NCBI GenBank assembly: GCA_041690595.1
Contig: JAWLHB010000010.1
Coordinates: forward strand, 1 to 64,000
Source of the DNA: Lentisphaeria bacterium
Lineage (GTDB): Bacteria > Verrucomicrobiota > Lentisphaeria > JABSQK01 > JAWLHB01
DNA length: 64,000 nt
Direction of reading: 5' to 3'
How positions within the stretch are numbered: position 1 is the stretch's first letter; each line of letters starts with the position of its first letter. Shown piece by piece: positions 57,234 through 64,000 of the stretch. Under the pieces are notes generated by a model. The model was not told the DNA's origin. It did not search any database and saw only the letters and a list, made by a program, of their open reading frames with translations. Position numbers and translations under genes: made by a program.

Positions 57234-58991
57234 ATGAAACGACTACTGATCGCGGGCACCGAAGCTGCCGGAAGAAGCTTTCACGAGCAACTTCTCAAAC
57301 TCGACTTCGACCTCACTTACCTCCCGGATCCCCTGCGTGTGGTGGGGCTGGTGCGGGAAGGACGGGTGGATGTCCTCATCATCCCCCCCTACCCTTACTG
57401 TGCTCAGCCGGAGTTGATTCTGCGCGAATGCGGCGATCATAATTGCGAGACATCCGTCCTGCTATTTGCTGCGTCGCAATGCAGCGACACGCAGCTTTCT
57501 CCCGCGATTCGGGCACTGGCGTACCAGGTGCTGCTGCCGGAAACCCCCGCGGAAGAGATCGTGGCCGCTGTGGTCCGCGCGTCGGAACGGACTTCGCTGC
57601 TGGGCAATGTCGACTATCTCAAGCAGCAGGCCACTGGCTTGCAGCTCAGCCTGGCTCGGGCTCGGGATATCCGCCAGGCACTATATCGACCGATCGGAAG
57701 CCGTGCCGCCGCCGGCTTCGCCATGGAAGGTTTCGATATCGGTGTTTTCGAGCGGCCGGCAGAGGGTGCGGGCGGTGATTTCAATGGCTGGTTCGTCTTG
57801 CCCGGAAACAAGCTGGTCGTATACCTTGGCGACGCGGCAGGTCATGATCTGGCGGCCACGGTCATCCGCGATTATGTGACCCATGAGCTGGATCTGATGT
57901 ATGCGCGCGAAAGCTGGGAGCTGCTGGGAGATCCGGCCCGACTGCTCGCCCATCTGAATGCCCTCATGCACCCAGCGCGCCAGGTTCACGCCTCCATGCT
58001 CTACATGGTCATCGATCAGTCATCGCACAAGGTCACGTACGCTTCGGCCGGCCATACCCCCTTTGTTGCCCGCACAGCCCAGTGTGACATCAATCTTTAC
58101 TTCAGCAATTCCGTCATGCTGGGCATGGAAGCACAGCCATCCTACAAGACCGCCCAGATTCTCCTCGACCATTATACCCACTTGACCCTATACAGCGACG
58201 GCTTGCTCGACGCACGCGAGCTGGTTCGACGCGAACAGCGTCATGGCTACGATATGGAGGACCTCAAGTACTTCCAGCGCTTCGCCACCGAAGATCCGCG
58301 ACCTTTCGCCCAGATGATCTTCCGGCATTTCCTCCAGATCTCCGGCGTCAATCGACCCCAGACCGACGATATCTCCATCATGGTCATTCGCACCGGTATC
58401 TCTTACAATCAACAACCCTTCGAGGAAGAGCTGCCGGCCATCCCAAGCAGCAGTCAGCAGATGGCTGACGATCTACTCGGCATCAACCGCAGCATCGGTG
58501 CGGAAGCCGGCTACGATGCCGAGAAGGCCGCCTACTACGTGGCGATTCATGGCAAGGCGGACTATGGCATCGCCAACGCCTTGATGCCGAAGATCGAACA
58601 GGCACTGCAGCAGGGCATGCGAACCCTGATTCTCGACTGCTTTGACATGACCGCGCTCGACAGCTGCTTCATGGGAACCTTGCAGGAGTTGAATATCCTC
58701 TGCCGGGCGAACGACATCAGGCTGCACATCAGCATCGGCAAGCGCGAGTTCATCGACAACCTCAAAGAGCTATACCTGACTGAGGTTGTGCAGCAGAGTT
58801 CGCCGGAGCGTTGGGAATGGCACAAACAGCTGCGCCCCATTTGTCGCGAACGCAATCTGGACAGCCGTCGCGCCGCGGAACACCTCTTCCGTACACACGA
58901 ACTCCTGGCCGAACAGAGTCCGCAGAACCGGCAGCGTTTCGAGCAGCTTCTGGCCTTGCTCCAGGCCGAACTCAGGAAGTTCGATGATTGA
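57234..58991 (+). CDS. Receiver-like / SpoIIE (PP2C) phosphatase / STAS fusion protein
   Basis: GGDF, GDAAGHD, YASAGH, YSDGL, DDISI; C-terminal STAS LILDC..M..LDSCFMG. Confidence 0.85.
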   Translation: MKRLLIAGTEAAGRSFHEQLLKLDFDLTYLPDPLRVVGLVREGRVDVLIIPPYPYCAQPELILRECGDHNCETSVLLFAASQCSDTQLSPAIRALAYQVLLPETPAEEIVAAVVRASERTSLLGNVDYLKQQATGLQLSLARARDIRQALYRPIGSRAAAGFAMEGFDIGVFERPAEGAGGDFNGWFVLPGNKLVVYLGDAAGHDLAATVIRDYVTHELDLMYARESWELLGDPARLLAHLNALMHPARQVHASMLYMVIDQSSHKVTYASAGHTPFVARTAQCDINLYFSNSVMLGMEAQPSYKTAQILLDHYTHLTLYSDGLLDARELVRREQRHGYDMEDLKYFQRFATEDPRPFAQMIFRHFLQISGVNRPQTDDISIMVIRTGISYNQQPFEEELPAIPSSSQQMADDLLGINRSIGAEAGYDAEKAAYYVAIHGKADYGIANALMPKIEQALQQGMRTLILDCFDMTALDSCFMGTLQELNILCRANDIRLHISIGKREFIDNLKELYLTEVVQQSSPERWEWHKQLRPICRERNLDSRRAAEHLFRTHELLAEQSPQNRQRFEQLLALLQAELRKFDD

Positions 58992-59039
58992 AGCATCTGG
59001 TGCTGGCATTCCTCCCGTTGCCCTCCGGAGGCGCAGCCA

Positions 59040-59600
59040 ATGAAGATCATTTCCCTGGCTCTGCCCGAGGTGAAGATCATCGAGCCTCGGATCTTTGCCG
59101 ATGAACGGGGCGTTTTCCTCGAAAGCTACAATTACCGTCGCTTCAGCGAACACGGCATCCCGGAAGTTTTCGTTCAGGATAATCATTCCCAATCCGTCTG
59201 CGGGACCATCCGGGGCCTCCATTACCAGAAACTGCCCGGCCAGGCGAAGCTGGTGCGAGTGGTGCGAGGGAGCATCCTCGATGTGGCTGTCGACGTGCGT
59301 CTGCGATCCCCCACCTTCGGCGCGGTCGTGACGTGCAGGCTGTCCGCCGAGAACCGGCGGATGCTCTACGTTCCCGTCGGCTTCGCGCACGGCTTCTGCG
59401 TGCTCGATGGACCGGCGGATGTCGTCTACAAGGTGGATACCTATTACGATCCTGCGCTTGAGCGCGGCATCCGGTATGACGATCCCGCTCTGGACATAGA
59501 GTGGCCGACGGATCACCCTGTCGTTTCCGACCGGGATCGCGAGCTGCCTTTCCTGGCGGACGCGGATCTCGACTTTCGCTACGAAGGTGCCACGATCTGA
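59040..59600 (+). CDS. rfbC: dTDP-4-dehydrorhamnose 3,5-epimerase
   Basis: DERG.F.E, QDNHS.S, RGLHYQ, GFAHGF. Confidence 0.95.
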   Translation: MKIISLALPEVKIIEPRIFADERGVFLESYNYRRFSEHGIPEVFVQDNHSQSVCGTIRGLHYQKLPGQAKLVRVVRGSILDVAVDVRLRSPTFGAVVTCRLSAENRRMLYVPVGFAHGFCVLDGPADVVYKVDTYYDPALERGIRYDDPALDIEWPTDHPVVSDRDRELPFLADADLDFRYEGATI

Positions 59601-59685
59601 ATGAGGGCGCCCCACCCTCTTCTGCTTGCGCTGACGCTCCCAGCCGGTACATTAACGGCTCCTGTAACCTGATCCATGGAGAAGC

Positions 59686-60585
59686 ATGAAATCGATCCTG
59701 CATACATCGCGAATCGCCATAGTCGGTCTTGGGCAACTGGGCACCTCCCTGGCGCTGGCCATCAAGGAGATCGGCTGCCGCGAACTGCTGGCCGTCGCCC
59801 GCCGTCCCGAATCACTGCAACGGGCCGTGGATAAAGGGATTATCGATGCCGGCAGCACCGAAGCCAAAGACGTGCTGCCCGTTGTCGATCTGGTCTTTCT
59901 CTGCCTGCCGCTGACCCCTTCCATCGACTTCGTCAGGGAGAACCTGGAGCACTTCCGCTTCGGGGGGCTGGTCACCGATGTGGGCAGCGTCAAGGGCGAG
60001 ATCGTTCGCGAGGTACGCCCCCTTCTGGCGAAGCACGGAACCTGGTTTATTGGCTCGCATCCCATGGCCGGCAGCGAGAAATCCGGCATGGATGCGGCGC
60101 GTGCGGATCTCTATCGCGACGCCATTGTCTTTGTCACCCCCACGGCCGACGATGATGAAGACGCCATACGGCTGCTCATCACCTTCTGGGAGGCCATCGG
60201 TTGCCAGCCCTACGAACTCGATGCCGAACGCCATGACCTGGCCGTCGCCAACAGCAGTCATCTGGCGCACGTGGTTTCGGCAGCCATCGTCCGCGGTGTG
60301 CTTGGTCAGGGCGACAGCGAGGCGAACCGGCTGGCATGCGCGGGTGGCTTCCGGGATGTCTCTCGGATCGCTGCCAGCAATGTCGACATGTGGACCGATA
60401 TCTGCCGCCAGAATGGTACCGCCATCCTGCGCAGTCTGGATGCATTCCAGGACGAGCTGCATGAGATACGGAGCGCGCTCGAAGCCCAGGACTGGGAGAA
60501 GGTCGCCGCCTTCCTGGCCGCGGGCAAGGCCTTGCGCGACGACTGGTTCGAACACTTTGGCAAACCACGAGGCTACTCCGCATGA
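59686..60585 (+). CDS. tyrA: Prephenate/arogenate dehydrogenase
   Basis: IVGLGQLG, TDVGSVK, HPMAGSEKSG, SHLAH, GFRDVSRIA. Confidence 0.92.
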   Translation: MKSILHTSRIAIVGLGQLGTSLALAIKEIGCRELLAVARRPESLQRAVDKGIIDAGSTEAKDVLPVVDLVFLCLPLTPSIDFVRENLEHFRFGGLVTDVGSVKGEIVREVRPLLAKHGTWFIGSHPMAGSEKSGMDAARADLYRDAIVFVTPTADDDEDAIRLLITFWEAIGCQPYELDAERHDLAVANSSHLAHVVSAAIVRGVLGQGDSEANRLACAGGFRDVSRIAASNVDMWTDICRQNGTAILRSLDAFQDELHEIRSALEAQDWEKVAAFLAAGKALRDDWFEHFGKPRGYSA

Positions 60586-61025
60586 CCGACGACAAGCGCA
60601 CCGGCCGCGAAACTCTATCCATCCTGGGCAGCGGCGAACGCACCTACCCGCAAAATCCGGATGAGGCGCGGCTGGAAATCTTCGACAACCGCTATCCCGA
60701 ACGCGACTACTGGATCACCTTCGACTGTCCGGAGTTCACCTCCCTCTGTCCGGTCACCAATCAGCCGGACTTCGGGCACATCGTCATCCGCTATGTGCCG
60801 AACCGGTCGTGCGTCGAGAGCAAATCGCTCAAGCTCTACCTCTTTTCCTACCGCAATCACAACACCTTTCACGAAGAAGCAGCCAACCGGATACTCGATG
60901 ATGTGGTCGCCGCGTGCCAACCGCGTCGGGCGACGGTGATCGGTGACTTCAATCCGCGTGGCGGCATCAGCATCAAAATAGAAGCATCGTATGAAGACCC
61001 TGCTGGAGATACTCCAAGCGAGTGA
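60582..61025 (+). CDS. queF: preQ0 reductase (type I QueF)
   Basis: PEFTSLCPVTNQPDFG, VESKSLKLYL.SYRN, FHE, RGGI. Confidence 0.96.
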   Translation: MTDDKRTGRETLSILGSGERTYPQNPDEARLEIFDNRYPERDYWITFDCPEFTSLCPVTNQPDFGHIVIRYVPNRSCVESKSLKLYLFSYRNHNTFHEEAANRILDDVVAACQPRRATVIGDFNPRGGISIKIEASYEDPAGDTPSE

Positions 61026-61842
61026 ACGTTATCTTTCCGGCAGAGGCTTTGCCAGTGCCCGAAGCGATGTGGAGTGGCTGATAGCCCATGCGCTTGGCAT
61101 CCGCCGCATCGATCTCTACCTGCAGTTCGAGCGTCCATTGACGGAAGCAGAGCTGGATGCCACGCGGCCATTGCTGCGCCGGCGCGGCAGTGGCGAACCA
61201 CTGCAGTACATTCTGGGGACGACTCAATTCTATAACTGTGAACTGAGCATCGGTCCGGGCGTGCTGGTGCCGCGTCCGGAAACGGAGCGCCTCGTCGAAG
61301 TGGCCCTCAAGCAGTACTCCGGAGAAGGTCCCATTCTCGATCTCTGCACGGGAAGCGGGGCGATCCTCTTCGCTCTGGCGGGGGAATTGACCGCCCCACC
61401 CTGCATGCTTGGTGTCGATATTTCGGAAGATGCGCTGGCGTGGGCGCGACGCAATCGGGAAGCGCTGGGCTTTTCCACCATCGACTTACGCTGTGGAGAT
61501 CTCTTTGCACCAGTGGATCGGAAGGACTTCAGCCTGATCACCGCCAATCCGCCCTACGTCACGGAGTCGGAATATGCGATCCTGCCCGATGAGGTGCGAG
61601 CGCATGAGCCGGCAGGGGCGCTCCTGGCAGGCAGTGATGGCCTGGCGGTGATCCGGCGCATCGCCGCTGAAGGACTCGATTACCTGGCCGATGGCGGGTC
61701 TCTGGTCATGGAAATCGGGGAGCGTCAGGCAAGTGCGGTTACCGAACTCCTTCGAGAGCTGCAATGGCAGGATGTGCGCATCGTCCAAGACTATACCCGG
61801 CGGGACCGAATCGCCGTCGCCCGCAAAGCGGCGGCCGACTAA
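60991..61842 (+). CDS. prmC: Release factor glutamine methyltransferase
   Basis: GEPLQYILG, VLVPRPETE, DLCTGSG, NPPY. Confidence 0.95.
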   Translation: MKTLLEILQASERYLSGRGFASARSDVEWLIAHALGIRRIDLYLQFERPLTEAELDATRPLLRRRGSGEPLQYILGTTQFYNCELSIGPGVLVPRPETERLVEVALKQYSGEGPILDLCTGSGAILFALAGELTAPPCMLGVDISEDALAWARRNREALGFSTIDLRCGDLFAPVDRKDFSLITANPPYVTESEYAILPDEVRAHEPAGALLAGSDGLAVIRRIAAEGLDYLADGGSLVMEIGERQASAVTELLRELQWQDVRIVQDYTRRDRIAVARKAAAD

Positions 61843-61844
61843 CC

Positions 61845-63011
61845 ATGAACCTGTATCGGCTCTTTCTGCTCTGTCTGATGCATTTTCTGGTCGACGCCCT
61901 GGCATCGTTCCTGACCCCGGTGATGCCGAGCCTCGAAGAGCGGCTGCAGGTGAGCGGCGCCCTGATCGGCATCATGGCGGCGGCACAGATTCTGGCGGCC
62001 AGCTTCAGTCAGCCCTTCTGGGGTACACTCAGTGATCGCTGGGGGCGCGGCAATCTGGTGCTCTTCGGGCCGCTGATCGCGTTGATCATGCTGAGCCTGG
62101 TGGGACTTACCTTCTCGTATTGGATGGTGCTGGTTCTGGTGATCGGTTCAGGACTTGGAGTTGCCATGTTCCATCCCGAAGCTACGGCGCACGCCGGTGC
62201 CGCCAGCGCCCGCTTCCGCTCTGCCGGTGTGGCGCTCTTCGTCATCAGCGGCCACGTTGGCTTGGGCGCCGGACCGATGCTGTCGGGTTGGCTGACCGAG
62301 GCGCATGGTCTGGAAAAGAGCTGGTGGCTGCTGGCGCCCGGCCTGCTGCTCTGCGGTGCAGCGGCATTGGGGCTGCATCGTTCCCGACCGGTCACCAAAC
62401 GACGCCCGCTGCCGATCCATGCGGCCTGGGGCAGTCATCGCCGGGTCATGATGCCCCTTCTGATTCTCTCCACGCTGCGAGCCTTTGTGGGAACCTCACT
62501 CAGTTTCGGCATGCCCTTCTGGTGGAAGGATCTGGGTATGAATCCCCAGCAGATCGGCCTGCTGAGCGGGCTCTTTCTCTTCAGCGGCGGCGTCACGGGC
62601 TTCTTCTGCGGTCTGATCGTGCGGGATGGCCGAGAGAAACCATGGATCGTATGGAGTTTCCTGGTGACCCTGCCGGCTCTCTACTGGCTCTCACGGCAGA
62701 ATGCCTATGGCGCCATGATTCTGGGGGTCATTCTTGCCGGTGCCGCCCTCAATGCGACGATCCCCATGGTGCTGGTGCGGGCGCAGCGGGAGATGCCCGG
62801 CGGTGAGAGCGCGGCCGCATCGCTGATTCTGGGGGTGGCGTGGGGCCTCGGGGGAGCGATCGCCCCGCCGCTGATGCGCCTGGCTCAGCCACATCTGGGG
62901 CACATCGCCACTATCCAATGGCTCTCCATCGGGCTGATCGGGGCGATCGCGAGCAGCCTCATCCTGCCTCGTCGCCCGCTGGCGGCGCCACTCGACGCCA
63001 CTGCTTCGTGA
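61845..63011 (+). CDS. MFS transporter (Fsr-like)
   Basis: HFLVD, QPFWGTLSDRWGR, G.AMFHPE; ~12 TM. Confidence 0.88.
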   Translation: MNLYRLFLLCLMHFLVDALASFLTPVMPSLEERLQVSGALIGIMAAAQILAASFSQPFWGTLSDRWGRGNLVLFGPLIALIMLSLVGLTFSYWMVLVLVIGSGLGVAMFHPEATAHAGAASARFRSAGVALFVISGHVGLGAGPMLSGWLTEAHGLEKSWWLLAPGLLLCGAAALGLHRSRPVTKRRPLPIHAAWGSHRRVMMPLLILSTLRAFVGTSLSFGMPFWWKDLGMNPQQIGLLSGLFLFSGGVTGFFCGLIVRDGREKPWIVWSFLVTLPALYWLSRQNAYGAMILGVILAGAALNATIPMVLVRAQREMPGGESAAASLILGVAWGLGGAIAPPLMRLAQPHLGHIATIQWLSIGLIGAIASSLILPRRPLAAPLDATAS

Positions 63012-63155
63012 TGATCTGGCACGCTCTTCGCGATCTGGGTATCGTTCTTGATGTTTGGTCAGGCTACACTATTAGTAAGAACAGTGAGCTTGACAGCCAC
63101 CCACTCTGACCTCTATCTCCCGCCACCGACGCTTTGACAACCAGGCAGAGGGTTC

Positions 63156-64000
63156 ATGAAGCACGACCTGAAGATTCTGGTGATCGACGATAGCAAGACA
63201 AGCAGAAAGCTACTCAGGACTTACGCCTGCGCAACGGACTTCAAGGTGGAAATGGCTGAGGCCGATGATGGACGTACCGGGCTCAGGCTTCTGGCTGAAG
63301 ACCATTATGACTGCGTCTTTCTTGACTATATCCTGCCGGACCTGGATGGTCTTCAGGTGCTGCGGCAGATCAAGCTTGGCGGCATGGACATCCCGGTGAT
63401 CGTCCTGACGGGCCAGGGCAGCGAGCCGCTCGCCGTCGAGATGATGAAGGCCGGCGCCGACGATTACGTCCCCAAGTGTGATCTGACGCCGGATGTCCTC
63501 TACCGCTGCCTGCGCAACGCGCAGCAGTTGGCGGAGGTCCGCAAGGATTTTCGCGAGGCCAACGCCAACATGGTCATCGCCCAGAACGAAGCGGCGCAGG
63601 CCCATCGCGCGCAGAGTGAATTCTTTACGCGGATGAGTCATGAGATCCGGACCCCGCTCAATGTCATCCTGGGTACCACTGACCTTCTCAAACAAACTCA
63701 GCTTACGCATGAGCAGCATGGTCTGGTCGAGACATGCGAGCGAGCCAGCAGCATGCTGATGGTGCTGATCAACGACATCCTTGACCTCTCGAAGGTGCAG
63801 TCGGGTGAACTCGAATTGAAGAGCGTGGCCTTCAACCTGCGGAACAGCTTTATCAATACATGCAAGATGATGGCGGTACAGGCCAAAGGCAAGGGGCTGG
63901 TCTTTCAGCATGAATTCGGCCCGGAACTGCCGGAGATGGTGGTGGGGGATTCAGACCGTCTGACCCAGATCCTGGTCAACCTGACCGGCAACGCGATCAA
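63156..64000 (+). CDS. Hybrid sensor histidine kinase (N-terminal receiver), partial; absent from the ORF track because it has no stop in the window
   Basis: Own translation: MKHDLKILVIDDS...FLDYILPDLDG...LTGQG...KAGADDYVPK...MSHEIRTPLN...GDSDRLTQILVNLTGNAI. Confidence 0.92.
   Translation, partial: MKHDLKILVIDDSKTSRKLLRTYACATDFKVEMAEADDGRTGLRLLAEDHYDCVFLDYILPDLDGLQVLRQIKLGGMDIPVIVLTGQGSEPLAVEMMKAGADDYVPKCDLTPDVLYRCLRNAQQLAEVRKDFREANANMVIAQNEAAQAHRAQSEFFTRMSHEIRTPLNVILGTTDLLKQTQLTHEQHGLVETCERASSMLMVLINDILDLSKVQSGELELKSVAFNLRNSFINTCKMMAVQAKGKGLVFQHEFGPELPEMVVGDSDRLTQILVNLTGNAI

Noticed and set aside
63210..63911. 233-aa minus-strand ORF
   Set aside because: Antisense to the real hybrid histidine kinase starting at 63156 on the plus strand.

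Overview
GC-rich bacterial chromosomal segment. Gene content suggests a PVC-superphylum (Lentisphaerota/Kiritimatiellota-like) organism, which is an inference only. The left edge holds an IS21 element whose istA is cut at ~position 97 by what looks like the end of an IS66 element, followed by an orphan SMI1/KNR4 immunity gene. Most of the window is housekeeping and metabolism: apgM, pyrK-like, ptsH, secG, tpiA, pgk, cbiK, MATE, fkp, dnaG, a divergent EF-G, NCS2 permease, carbonic anhydrase, the NAGGN osmolyte trio (asnO-ngg-M42 peptidase) running directly into an Opp/Dpp-type ABC transporter, a GspE/PilB ATPase, GT3 glycogen synthase, aroF, GH29 fucosidase, rfbC, tyrA, queF, prmC, and a hybrid histidine kinase running off the right edge. 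The most unusual signals are four: (1) a 28-bp dif-like Xer site (56081-56108) ~40 bp from three co-oriented DnaA-box-like 9-mers spaced exactly 24 bp apart; (2) a translationally coupled operon of two distantly paralogous coiled-coil proteins (one with HEAT repeats) plus a methyltransferase; (3) the NAGGN trio coupled to a peptide ABC importer; (4) a multi-branched hairpin element at 43041-43158. No rRNA, tRNA or CRISPR array was seen. All family calls are from motif recognition by eye; no searches were run.
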